Below are positions 13,326 to 25,480 of a stretch of 64,000 nt of DNA, one piece after another; position 1 is the first letter of the stretch; every line of letters begins with the position of its first letter. This DNA comes from Octopus sinensis (lineage: Eukaryota), in contig NC_043007.1 of assembly GCF_006345805.1 (NCBI RefSeq), forward strand, positions 21,824,001 through 21,888,000. Direction: 5' to 3'. A program made the position numbers and the translations under genes. The notes below the pieces were generated by a model, which worked only from the letters and a program-made list of their open reading frames with translations, had not been told where the DNA came from and ran no database searches.

Positions 13326-14294
13326 AACCTCCTCCATAGGATCCTATCGGAAACAACCGCTGTTAAACTCTCTTGATGGATTCCCAAACATAATCAACTG
13401 AGTCCGTGAATATTATCCAAACATCTTGTTCATGATCTACGAATCTTCATTGAAAAACAAAACAAACAAAAAAAAATCATCTTTCATGTTGGTACAGTTC
13501 CAAAGTTTTGCCTGGTTTTAACTCAAACCATCATCTAAAATGCAACCATATTATTCTAATGTATGGAGGGGACGAGAAAATGATACACCCAAGCCATTAC
13601 TAATAGTATTTATGGAAAAAATTACAGAAATATTTGTAATGTTTTTAAAATTATGCAAGCATGAATGAAATGCAAGCATGAATGAAATTACTCAACAAAT
13701 TAAATGTTATCTGCAAATGGGTTATTAGAATAACCAACAGAATGGCAAAAGTTAGCATGTATTGTAGTTCAGAAGCTGGTGAGCCTCGGTGACCCCCAAG
13801 AGTTATTTCAGCGGAAGGCAGGTTCTTGGTAGGACTGAACACGTCAAAGGATAGAGACCAGACTAATAAGGACCACCTCTAACGAGAGGTAAAAAATGGG
13901 TTTGCAGAGAGCTGACAGCCCTACCTAAGAAAAAGCAAAGTTACAGAAGCACCGATGACAATTCAAAACCAACAAGACCTGGGAGAAGGTAATCCCTCTC
14001 TCGGGACCCATAACCCACAAGGGAACCAGAAAGGAAAATGCCCTTAAAACAGTTAGAGGCAAAATACTTAGGTAGAGCTTAAGAAGCAAGGATCCAAGTA
14101 TGGCTGTGTGATAAGAAGCTTGCTTCCCACCCACATGGTTCTGTGTTCAGTCCTGCTGCATGGCACCTTGGCAAGTGTCTTCTACTATAGCCTCAGGCCA
14201 ACCAAAGCCTTGTGACTGGATTTGGTAGCAGAAACTGAAAGAATCCCATTGTATATTGTATGTATGTATGTATGTATGTATGTATGTATGTATG

Positions 14295-14725
14295 GAGGGA
14301 GGGATGTCAGGAAGGGCATCGCTGTTACACTTCCACATGGGAAAGGTCTTCCTTTGATGCTGACATGCAATGTCTGTGCAAGACCCTGCCTCAGTAAAGC
14401 TGGACTCAAGAGTCATCTTCATAGTCATAAAACGAGACAGATGAGTGACAACCTGGCCACTGGTGGTGGTGTTACACACCATACTAATCATATCTGTCGG
14501 GCATGTAGAAGAGAGTGTAATTCGGCAGGAGGACTTAAACGACATGCAAAGGTACATGAAGCCCAGTTACAACTACAGCCAGCTATTACCAGTAAAGGTT
14601 TTAGTTGCCAATTCTGTACAAGACATTGTAGATCTTTAGCTGGGCTAAAAAGTCACATTCGATCACAGCACCAGTAACAGTTAAGCTTCGTGCAATGGCC
14701 ATACTCGATAACGAGGGGGAAGCCC
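14295..14725 (+). mobile_element. RTE-type LINE 3' end encoding three C2H2 zinc fingers, inserted in a SINE microsatellite
   Basis: CNVCARPCLSKAGLKSHLHSH, CRACRRECNSAGGLKRHAKVH, CQFCTRHCRSLAGLKSHIRSQH*; short tail ...ctcgataacgaggggaagccc; no ATG or splice sites. Confidence 0.7.
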
Positions 14726-15450
14726 TAATATGTATGTATGCATGTATGTGTGTGTGTCTTTGCATCCGTGTTTGTCCCCACCTGTCACTGCATGACAACA
14801 GGTGTTGATGAGTTTGCAGTTCGGCAAAAGAGACTGATAGTATAAGTACTAAGCTTAGAGACCAATAAAACAAGTCCTGAGCTTGGTTTATTTGACTAAA
14901 ACCCTTCAAGGCAGAGCTCCAGCATGACTGAAACAAGTGAAGAGAAGCAGAAAGGACAACCCAGGGTGGAGAAATGTGGAGAAAAATCATCGATGGCCTC
15001 TGCTCCTTGGGAAAGAAGGACTTAAAGAAGAAGCTTACTGGAATTAAGTTAGGTGTCCTTCCAAGGGTCAGGTGAGGGTGGCATTTAATCCGCTGATCAA
15101 AACTACATTTACATTAATCATTATTGTCATTGCTTCAACATCCTCTTTTCCATGCTTGCATGGGTAGGACAGAGTTTATTGAAGGTTTTCTGCAGCCAGG
15201 TGCCCTTCCTGTTACCAACTCTCACCTGTCTCCAAGCAAGGTAATATTTCCCCCACGGACAGATGTATTTGCACAGACTATTGGAAATGAACAACATATA
15301 TTTACAACAATTAGCTGATACAGACAAGAAGACACAAGCATACACACACACATACACACACACACACACACACACGTGTGTGTGTGTGACAGGCTTCTTT
15401 CAGTTTCTGTCTACCAAATTCATCACAAGGTTTTGGTCAGCCCAGGGATA

Positions 15451-15670
15451 TAGAAGGGGATGCTGGAAAGTTCCAGGCTTCGGATAAAAGAAAATACAGG
15501 AGGATCAGCTAATTATGAATGTTATTCAACATGTCCCCCTCTCAGATTCACATACTTATTGTAGCTGTCCTTCAGTTTTTCTAAGCCCTGTAAAAGAACT
15601 TAGAAGGATGGGTCTCCAATCAGGCCTTTCATGATATCCTTAAAGCCAGGAATTTTTCAGTACCCCATCA
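15451..15670 (-). mobile_element. Short mariner-derived MITE inserted in a SINE
   Basis: Imperfect TIRs gaagggg(a)tgctggaaagttcc / aatttttcagtaccccatc; the interior encodes a mariner C-terminus (QGLEKLKDSYNKYVNLRGGHVE*). Confidence 0.65.
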
Positions 15671-16023
15671 TAGAAGAAGATACTTGCCCAAGATGCCATG
15701 CAGCAAGACTGAACCTGAAACCATGAGTTAAGGAACCAAATTTCTTAACCACACAGCCACATCTGCACGTACTGACTTTTCAAATAGATGACACAATGTC
15801 ATTCACAATTCTTGACAGAAGCGTGACCATTTTTCAGTAACAAGCTGTGATTTGAACTCAGAAATGCAGAACCAAAACAAAATACCACAAGACATCTCAT
15901 CCAATGATCTAACAATTCCAAGAATATTCTACCTTGGACTGGTACTATTTTTTACGTAGCACCATCATCAGCGTTTTTTACATGGTATCAGTACCAATGC
16001 TTTTTACATGGCACCTTATATAT

Positions 16024-16412
16024 ATATAGGAGTGGCTGTGTGGTAAGTAGCTTGCTAACCAACCACATGGTTCCGGGTTCAGTCGCACTGCGTGGCATCT
16101 TGGGCAAGTGTCTTCTGCTATAGCCCCGGGCCGACCAAAGCCTTGTGAGTGGATTTGGTAGACAGAAACTGAAAGAAGCCTGTCGTATATATGTATATAT
16201 ATGTATGTGTGTGTGTTTGTTCTCCTAGCATTGCTTGACAACCGATGCTGGTGTGTTTACGCCCCCGTCACTTAGCGGTTCGGCAAAAGAGACCAATAGA
16301 ATAAGTACTGGGCTTACAAAGAATAAGTCCCGGGGTCGATTTGCTCGACTAAAGGCGGTGCTCCAGCATGGCCGCAGTCAAATGACTGAAACAAGTAAAA
16401 GAGTAAAGAGTA
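16024..16412 (+). mobile_element. SINE family A
   Basis: Full-length match. Confidence 0.9.
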
Positions 16413-16708
16413 TATACATACATACATATAAAGAAAAAGTATACTTGAAATTAGATATGAGGCTACACTGAAGAGATTTAAAATTTATTAAAGACTTAAA
16501 TTACTAAAAAGTATGTGTGCTAAATTAACAGCTTAATTATATTATTAGTCTGAGTATAATGTTCTTTTTGTTAACGGAGTGTTGTCAATTAACCTGATTT
16601 CAGTATGTTACTGACATATGATCTTGGTAGGATTTGAACTTAAAATTATGAGAAACCAAACTAGACGTAAAATATGAGTCATTTCCTCACCATTCTCTGA
16701 GCTTATGA

Positions 16709-16772
<64 letters not shown>

Positions 16773-16778
16773 TATACA

Positions 16779-17916
16779 CAGGGTGTAGTGAATATATTGT
16801 CGTCTAAATTACGTAAAAGTGAAAATAACACTGACATCTCATTTTAACAGATATCATCATCATCGTTTAACGTCCGTTTTCTGCGCTAGCATGGGTTGGA
16901 CGGTTCGACCGGGGTCTGGGAAGCCAGGGCCGCACCAGGCTCCAGTCTAATCTGGCAGTGTTTCTACAGCTGGATGCCCTTCCTAACGCCAACCACTCCG
17001 CGAGTGTAGTGGGTGCTTTTAACGTGCCACCGGCACGGAAGCCAGCCAAGGCGGCACTGGCATCGGCCACGTTCGGATGGTGCTTATGTGCCACCGGCAC
17101 AGAAGCCAGTCGAGGCGGCACTGGCATCGGCCACGTTTAGATGCCGGAATACTAAAGAGTAAATTCATTTAGTAAAATTGCCATTGGCTTCAACCAAGGC
17201 CTCCAGACAACTTCGGAATCTCCTGCAACTCTTCTGGATGGTCTCCTTGTTTAAGTTGGTGAATGCTGCCATAATCCTTGCCTTCAGTTCATCTTTGGTG
17301 TTACAAGGAGTTTTGTTGCTCGCTCACTCAACTGCACCCCACACATAATAATCAAGAGGGGTTGCAGTCAGGGGAGTTAGGGGTGATGTGGTTGCAGAAA
17401 TTGTCAGACAGCCATGACTGGGTTTTCCTACTTGTGTGGCACGGTGCAGAGTCCTGTTGCCAGACATAGGGTCTTCCAGCAACCACCCTCTCGACCCAGG
17501 TGAGCACTACCTCCTCCAGTCACTTGATGTAGGCTTCCATATTGAGTCTGAGGCTGTGTGGGAAGATGAATGGAGGCATAACATTGTCATCACTAGTGAT
17601 TGCTCCAAACTCCATTATGTTGACTGGATGTTTGATTTTTATCATTATCGGTACATGTTTTGGAGACACGGCAAGCCAATGGTTGTTTTGTGTGTTCACC
17701 ATCTGTTCATATTGGAACTTCCAGCGTGAATGCCAAGCAGTACAGCATGTCATTTCCAAATTTCTGGCAGAGTGAATTGTGTCATGGTGCCATTTTTCTC
17801 ACAGACGGTGCCCAACTGACCCTACTATACTATATAAATAACAAAATCAAAAATAAACAATGCACATGCACGAAATTAAAAATATAAAATGGTGACAATT
17901 TACCCATTGCACCCTG
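16779..17916 (-). mobile_element. Tc1/mariner (maT/DD37D-like) element, deleted and frameshifted, with an RTE fragment inside
   Basis: TIR cagggtg(t/c)a..g..ta(t/a)attgtc; KHPVNIMEFGAITSDDNVMPPFIFP, YVWQQDSAPCHTS, NSPDCNPLDYYVWG. The D-D spacing here is 32, with the WPP motif missing, which would fit a 5-codon loss from DD37D (inference). Confidence 0.8.
16855..17140 (-). mobile_element. 5'-truncated RTE 3' UTR fragment (inside the maT element)
   Basis: Reverse complement of the same tail. Confidence 0.8.
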
Positions 17917-17938
17917 TGTGTGTATGTATGTATGTATG

Positions 17939-18012
<74 letters not shown>

Positions 18013-18333
18013 GATCTTGCATACATGAAGTGGATTCGATCCACCATAGCCAAATTTAAATCAACACTGCTACAGAACTTTTCCCACGGTGGAACAATGG
18101 TTTTTCTCTGGCAGCAGTTTTACATTTTCCAGATGCCTTTAACTAGGCCTGAAATAATGTCTTCACCACTTGACTCTTTCTAACCTCTTCTACTTCACCA
18201 AAAGCTAGAATAGAGATAACAAGACCACCAACTAAATCTATTGTTCCCAATGATATATCTATCTTTCTGGATAGTTATATAAGCAGCACATCCCAAGCAA
18301 AAGTCAGTTTGTCACCAGCCGACCAGCTAGAAC

Positions 18334-18720
18334 CTTGGTCCCCTTGACTATTGTGGGTGTTACCTCCTGCGATAGTTGAAAATCCGCAAAGTAGAAACAA
18401 TACTGTACTGTATATATTTTTTACCATTTTTATAATTTGTATATGCTTATTCTATTAGAAATACAAAACAACACCACACACTCACCTCCCGAGTTTCGTT
18501 TTCCGTACAATACATGCAATTCTTTGTTTACTCATTTATGGTACACTGTGTAATTTCTTTTAATATATTTTAATTAATGTGTTATAAAGTGCAGTACTGT
18601 ATTCATTTGTATTTATTAATTTTTAGGCGTGAAAATGCTTATTTTACCACAGAAATACTTTTAAAAAATATAAATACCTATTGGCTGCAGGAACCTGTGA
18701 TATGGTGAGGGGTTACTCTG
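18334..18720. mobile_element. Tigger/pogo-like MITE remnant
   Basis: Ends resemble Tigger termini (tggtccccttgactattgtggg...gcgatagttgaaaatccgc; gtgatatggtgaggggttactctg). Confidence 0.5.
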
Positions 18721-18734
18721 TGTGTGTGTGTGTG

Positions 18735-18780
<46 letters not shown>

Positions 18781-18960
18781 CACAAGCATGGCTGGCTGTG
18801 TGGTAAGAAGATTGCTTCTCAACCATATGGTTCCAGGTTCAGTCCCACTGTGGCACCTTGAGCAAGTATCTTCAGGCAAGTGTCTCCTACTGTAGCCCTC
18901 AAAACTGGGTTAACCAAAAACTTATGGGTAGATTTCATAAGCAGAACTAAAAGAAACCTG

Positions 18961-19006
<46 letters not shown>

Positions 19007-19255
19007 GTATGTGTGTGTGTGTGTCATTCCTTCTCTTTGTGCTTGTCCCACCACCACAACTTGACAACCAGCATTGGTTTGTTTATGTCCCTGTAACAGT
19101 CTGGCAAATAAGACCTATAGATTAAGTACCAGACTTTAAAAACAATATGTACCGGGGTCAATTTGTTTAACTATATAACACTTCAAGGCAGTGCCCCAGC
19201 ATGACCACAGTGCCGTGATCGAAACAAAAAGACCTAAAAAGGCATGATTACTTAC

Positions 19256-19646
19256 CCGTTTAAAGGATCCAGAGCAATAGCCCGTGGTTGATCTAAATTT
19301 TCCCAAAATAATATTTTACGAAATGATCCATTCAAATTACTGACTTCAATCCGATTGGTTTCGGAATCAGTCCAATAAAGCTTTTTTCCTAGCCAATCAA
19401 GGGCTAAACCATCCGGCGATAACAATCCAAATGTGATCACATTGTTGCTGGTTTGGGAGCCGTTTATATAGGTTCTTTTAATCATTTCCAAGCTGACGTC
19501 GGTCCAAAAGACCGAGTTCTCAGCGTAGAAGAAGTCCACTGCAGCAGCATCTTCAAGGCCACTGATTATCACGGAAGAATTCTGTGAGTCTGCTGCATCA
19601 ACAAGACGCACATCTTTGCGATTAGCAAACAGCAACAGTGGTGAAC
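19256..19646 (-). CDS. LRP5/6: LRP5/6 coding exon 2, first YWTD beta-propeller (partial)
   Basis: Encodes [17 protein letters not shown]...[10 protein letters not shown]...FWTDVS...[58 protein letters not shown], closely matching the LRP5/6 N-terminus. Acceptor ttttctgttttag|G, donor GG|GTAAGT, 391 nt, phase 1 to phase 2. Confidence 0.96.
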
Positions 19647-19812
19647 CTAAAACAGAAAAATAAAAGAAATTAATTAATCTCATCTCATCTCATAATCTTT
19701 TAAGATCATTTACCACATTCACAGGCATATAGGACACACAATCACATAAGATGCACCCCTATTTTACCATAGTACCTTGTGGGGAAAAAAAAATTTATTA
19801 TATATCATCACG

Positions 19813-20045
19813 AAGGCGGAGAGATGGCAGACACATTAGCACGCCGGGCGAAATGCTTAGCGGTATTTCGTCTGTTATTACGTTCTGAGTTCAAATTCTG
19901 CCGAAGTCAACTTTGCCTTTCATCCTTTTGGGGTCAATAAATAAAGTACCAGTTTCGCACTGTGGTCGATGTAATCGACTTAATTCCTTTGTGTGTCCTT
20001 GTTTGTCCCCTCTGTGTTTAGCTCCTTGCGGGCAATAAAGAAATA
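19813..20045 (+). mobile_element. SINE family B (tRNA-derived)
   Basis: aaggcgg.gagatggcaga..gagttcaaattc.gccga.gtc.actttgcctttcatcc...aaagaaata. Other copies at ~1-137(-), 6725-6850, 27110-27315(-), 31977-32200(-), 40993-41212(-) and 41438-41655. Confidence 0.85.
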
Positions 20046-20075
20046 TATATATCATCACATGCTTATTGAAAGATA

Positions 20076-20641
20076 TTGGGTTGTCCGAAAAGTTCGTGCT
20101 GATTTTTAAAGGAAAGAAAAAGGTCAATAAATACTTGCCATTACATTTTTAATCAACCAAATATGAACCATTTTGTTACACAATGCGTCTCCATCTTTCC
20201 TTTAACTTGAAAATACCCTCTTCCCAGAATTGAGGTGGTTTCATGGCAAAGAATTCATCAACATATCGTTTTACGTCATCCAAAGAATTGAAATTTTTAC
20301 CATTAAGACTATTCTTCAGAGACCCGAATAAGTGGAAATCTGAAGGAGCAATATCTGGTGAATATAGAGGGTGGGGTAACACATCCCAGCCGAGCTGCAG
20401 CAATTTTTGTCTGATTCCCAAAGCATCACGTGCCGAAAATGCACTTTCTTATCTTCCATTTTAAAGGGTTACAGAATTAACACAGGTTATAGGATCATAA
20501 ACCTTCTTCCACGAAAAGATAGCTTAAACTGTGCTTTAAATGGAGGTGTAGTCAAATCCTATTTTATGGACTCAACCATGTTTTAAAATAAGTTGAAAGA
20601 TAAGCTACTATAAATCGGCATGAATTTTCCGGACAACCCAA
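20076..20641 (-). mobile_element. Internally deleted mariner (566 bp), second copy, TA TSD
   Basis: TIR ttgggttgtccg..aaagttc; LGWDVLPHPLYSPDIAPSDFHLF; same deletion junction as 4317-4882. Confidence 0.92.
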
Positions 20642-20645
20642 TATT

Positions 20646-20903
20646 TTATCCCTTGGGCATTCACATTACTTCGTCAAATGCATTGCTTATTTATTTTCAT
20701 TATTTTGAATTATTATTATTATCGAATCATTTATTATCCATTGTTACTGAATCATTTATTATCTTGCAGTTTTGAGATTTCAATAATGCGACTGTTTATT
20801 TTGAGAATGACATTGTAGTGCAGGTGTGAGAAGCTGGATCTGGCCAGTTTGAATATAAAACAGGCAGAATATTTGGGTTGGACATGGTTTAAAAGCTAAA
20901 GAG
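20646..20903. mobile_element. Older piggyBac-like MITE
   Basis: Ends ttatcccttgggcattc ... aaagctaaagag|ttaa, a degenerate version of ttaaccctttagcatt. Confidence 0.5.
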
Positions 20904-20907
20904 TTAA

Positions 20908-21126
20908 CCCTTTCGTTACTGTATTTCTGTTGAGATGCTGTGTTTCTTTCAATTACTTTAAATATAAGAAAGAATTTAGTAAAATAACTTAGTTATCATT
21001 CAGCTAGTGTTAGGAACATAAATTGTGACTAAGGTTTGGTGGAAGATTTTAATTCAAAACTTATGAAAACAAAACATTTGTACAACAGAGCCAGAGCCGG
21101 TTTCAGCCGGGTTAGTAACGAAAGGG
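20908..21126 (+). mobile_element. piggyBac-type MITE, TTAA TSD
   Basis: TTAA|ccctttcgttac ... gtaacgaaaggg|TTAA. Confidence 0.88.
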
Positions 21127-21516
21127 TTAAATTCGTTTTGGAGAGGCAAAACGTATGATTCTGTGCATGTAGATACAATGCTGTGACAGTATATTAGCAT
21201 AAAGTATGAAACCATAAATTTATCATAAATAAACTACATGGCCCTAATACAACCATATTAGGGATGGGAGACTGAATGTCATGAGAGAACCAAATAAGCT
21301 TAGGTCTTTTAGGTTCAATAATTGTTACCAATAATGAAATACTGAAAATGAGCCCAGTTATCACAGACACATGAAAATTTGCTTATGCTGTGTCAGCAAG
21401 TATGTGGTGAGGTCACATCACGTTATATCACCTTCCTTAGCATACACGGCTCACACTTGATAGGTTTCTTAGGTTATTTAATGAGAGTTAAGTAAAAAGC
21501 ACTAAGTATGTTAAAG

Positions 21517-22548
21517 GTGCCGCATGAAAAGCACTGGTGGTGGTGCCGCGTATAGAGCACTGTTGACGGTGCCGCGTATAAAGCACTGTTGACGGTGCAG
21601 CGTATAAAGCACTGTTGACGGTGCCGCGTATAAAGCACTGTTGACGGTGCCGCGTATAAAGCACTGTTGACGGTGCGCGTATAAAGCACTGTTGACGGTA
21701 CCGCATATAAAGCACTTGACGGTACCGCGTATAAAGCACTGTTGACGGTGTCGCGTATAAAGCACTGTTGACGGTGTCGCGTATAAAGCACAGTTGACGG
21801 TGTCGCGTATAAAGCACAGTTGACGGTACCGCGTATAAAGCACTGTTGACGGTACCGCGTATAAAGCACTGTTGACGGTACCGTGTATAAAGCACTGTTG
21901 ACGGTACCGTGTATAAAGCACTGTTGACGGTACCGTGTATAAAGCACTGTTGACGGTGTCGCGTATAAAGCACTGTTGACGGAGCCGCGTATAAAGCACT
22001 GTTGACGGAGCCGCGTATAAAGCACTGTTGACGGAGCCGCTTATAAAGCACTGTTGACGGTTCCACGTATAGAGCACTGTTGACGGTGCCGCGTATAAAG
22101 CACTGTTGACGGTGCCGCGTATAAAGCACTGTTGACGGTACCGCGTATAAAGCACTGTTGACGGTGCCGCGTATAAAGCACTGTTGACGGTGCCGCGTAT
22201 AAAGCACTGTTGACGGTGCCGCGTATAAAGCACTGTTGACGGTGCCGCGTATAAAGCACTGTTGACGGTACCGCATATAAAGCACTGTTGACGGTACCGC
22301 GTATAAAGCACTGTTGACGGTACCGCGTGTAAAGCACTGTTGACGGTGCCGCGTGTAAAGCACTGATGACGGTGCCGCGTGTAAAGCACTGATGACGGTG
22401 CCGCGTGTAAAGCACTGATGACGGTGCCGCGTGTAAAGCACTGATGACGGTGCCGCGTGTAAAGCACTGTTGACGGTGCCGCGTGTAAAGCACTGTTGAC
22501 GGTGCCGCGTATAAAGCACTGTTGACGGTGCTGCGTATAAAACACAGT
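21517..22548. repeat. 26-bp minisatellite, about 39 copies
   Basis: Unit aaagcactgttgacggtgccgcgtat; it accounts for the 26-aa-periodic spurious ORFs. Confidence 0.95.
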
Positions 22549-23045
22549 TGAGTAAATATTATCTTGCTTGGAAGTAGGTGAGAGTTGGTGACGGGAAGGG
22601 CGTCCAGCAGGGGAAACTCTGCCTGCAACAGACTTTGTCCCATCTGAGCAAACATGGAAAAGTGAACTTCAAAACAACGACAACATATCTTGAATTTTGA
22701 AGTGGTGGAGACTTCAGGGGCCAACTAGTAGCCACTGGATTCCAGAGTAGAAGCACACTGAAATTTTAGACAAGAAATTTCAATAACTACAACACCAAAT
22801 TCATGCTTTCGCATCTAATCTTATTTAATGGTCACAGTGATGCAATGAGGATGCACAGAGAGACTGTGAGTTTGACAGAAATTATCAAAATGTACGTGCC
22901 ACATGGTACAACATTTGAAACCAGTGGGAACTCGACCCCAAACTGCTCAGGTCTGGCAATACCAAAGGCAGCTAAAACCTAACATCCCCACATATATAGT
23001 GTCCACTGTTGTAGTTGCAGCTCATTGATAATATCTGCATCAGAT

Positions 23046-23249
23046 ACTCTTTTACTTGTTTCAGTCATTTTGACTGCGGCCATGCTGGAGCACCGCCTTT
23101 AGTCGAGCAAATCGACCCCAGGACTTATTCTTTGTAAGCCTAGTACTTATTCTATCGGTCTCTTTTGCTGAACCACTAAGTTACGGTGACGTAAACACAC
23201 CAGCATCGGTTGTCAAGCGATGGTGGGGGGTGGGTGTGGACAAACACAG

Positions 23250-23292
<43 letters not shown>

Positions 23293-23460
23293 TATCTATA
23301 TGATGAGCTTCTTTCAGTTTCCGTTTACCAAATCCACTCACAAGGCTTTGGTCAACCCGAGGCTATAGTAGAAGACACTTGCCCAAAGTGCCATGCAGTG
23401 GGACTGAACCTGGAACCATGTGGTTGGTAAACAAGCTACTTACCACACAGCCACTCCTAC
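23046..23460 (-). mobile_element. SINE family A
   Basis: Full-length match. Confidence 0.9.
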
Positions 23461-24545
23461 ACCTATGCTTGTGATCCCCAAGCACAACCAGCTTCTGTTT
23501 GCAATGGTGTACATTTGCTGGTTGGAACCAGTTCAACCCAACCTGGTTGAAGCCAACACATCACCAGCATTGTTTCATGTCAAATTTTCCATGCTTGTAT
23601 ATGGGTCAGATGGAATTTGTTGAGACAGATTTTCTACGGCTGGATGCCCTTCCTGTTGTCAACCCTCAACTGTTTCCAAGCAAGATAATATTTTCCCATA
23701 ACCAGATAAGTTTTTTTTTTCACAGAAGACTGGAAACCAACAATATCAATGTGAGGTATACTAGCCATCTCAATATGGCTAACCACTAAGGGTGGGTGTT
23801 ACTGTAGCTTGTAGGCCCAGGAGAACATCTCCTCCAGCTGGCTTTAGGCACACTTTCTGTGCCCTTATGGTATTTGCAAAGGGAGGTCATCCCTCCCTCG
23901 TCAACCTAAGTGATACGCACGGACTGCAGTTTCTAGGTATTGACCTGTCATCAGTGTACGACAATCACCGGTTTTCGATGAAAGGGGTCCCAATGCAAAT
24001 CCTTATATCGTTTTTCCAGTAACTTTTCGTCACTGATCTCGAAAAACTGCAAGCAATAATAAATCTCTGAACGATAATAAATCTCTTATACCTCGTTCAG
24101 AGATTTATTATTATCAACAATATCAATTGTATGACAATGATACTCATTTACAACCATCATGTGATGCCAAAATAAGGCTACATACACACATACATGCAAC
24201 AGGCTTCTTTCAGTTTCCATCTACCAAATTCATTCGCAAGGATTTGATCAGCGTACAAGATACTTCCTCAAGGTGTTGTGCAATGATACTTGAACCTGAG
24301 ACCACATGGTAAAGAAGCAAACTTCTTACCCACACAGACAAGCCTGCACATATCACACATACAAGTACATAAAAATATTAGTTGATTTCATTTTTACATA
24401 GAATTCATTATCAAATCTGCCTTTTTAAAGACAGCTTTGAAGGATTTGAAGGCTGCTATTTCTAATAGGCTGAAATATCTACAGAGAAGTTCCCTTTTGG
24501 TTCATAATAGGTTTTGAAAGTATAAACTGTTTCAACGGTTGCATA

Positions 24546-24947
24546 TCTATCTATAAATATATAAAGCTGAAGTTGTCTGTGTATGGCAGGTTTGGTAGCC
24601 TTCAACTAACACTATCTCCTCCGAGACCCTGCGGCGCAAGTTGACCAAAATTGAGAGTATGATAGAAGAAGGCTTGCTCTTCCTTCCGTAGAAGAAAAAA
24701 TTCAAATCGGACCATGTTAACACCAAAAGTTATTTACATCAAAAGGTGCTTTTTTTCTATGAAAATCCCTATTTTTTAATAATTTTTTTACTGCTGTGTT
24801 GCCATTTTTCGGTGTATTTCAACCAGAAAAATGTTCACTTAAAGAGAATGACAAGCTACATAATGCAAAATATTTACTTTTCAAAAATTCCAATTCTAAA
24901 GGGTCAAAAAGAAAACAAACCCGAGCAATGCTGGGCTATACTGCTAG
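24546..24947 (+). mobile_element. Non-autonomous Helitron
   Basis: A|TCtatctataaatatataaa start; end cccgagcaatgctgggctatactgCTAG|T. Confidence 0.8.
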
Positions 24948-25480
24948 TTTATAACTAAAATAGTTTTCAAGTTATAGAGCTAAAAACCTTAGTCAACATT
25001 TCTATCACATGATCCGTCAAGATTGTTCAACTCTGGGTGTTTACTCTAAACCATGGAAATTGGATACACAGACAACATATAAAATAATAAAACAGTAAAA
25101 AATGTTAAAAATCAACAATAGAAATGGAAATTAAAAACATGCCAAACAACTTAGGAGCAGTCTCAAGAACAGAATGATTTGACCCTCGTTAACTATAATA
25201 ATTTAACTTTTAATCATGTGATTATTCTTGTGAACTGGAATTAAAATTAGAACTGCAGTTATTGTAACTTGGCCTTGATGTCAAAAAATTGCACTAGACT
25301 TTTTTTTTTTCAAATTTAGTTACTGTATTGTCTATGTCAACTGAGACACTGATAAAAATATGAAAAAATCTTTTTTTGAAAGTTTGTGTTTTATCAGAAA
25401 AACTTGTTGCTATAAGTTTACTAAATAGATTTTTTCCTAAAGAGACATGCATAGTACACTAATGTTCAAAATTAACCTAT

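Noticed and set aside
14222-14677. Host C2H2 zinc-finger gene
   Set aside because: No start codon or splice sites, sits inside a SINE, lacks TGEKP linkers, and has a LINE-like tail.
1-19255. LRP5/6 exon 3 (expected YMYWTDWG...)
   Set aside because: Not found in any ORF or by eye; it probably lies beyond the window edge.
21474-22724. Long ORFs (183-344 aa) and a CRISPR-like look
   Set aside because: They arise from a 26-bp minisatellite without stop codons on one strand; there are no unique spacers and no cas genes.
23790-23930. HDV-like ribozyme candidate (tctcctcc loop, ggcac/gtgcc hairpin)
   Set aside because: I could not build P1/P2/P3 pairings consistent with the fold.
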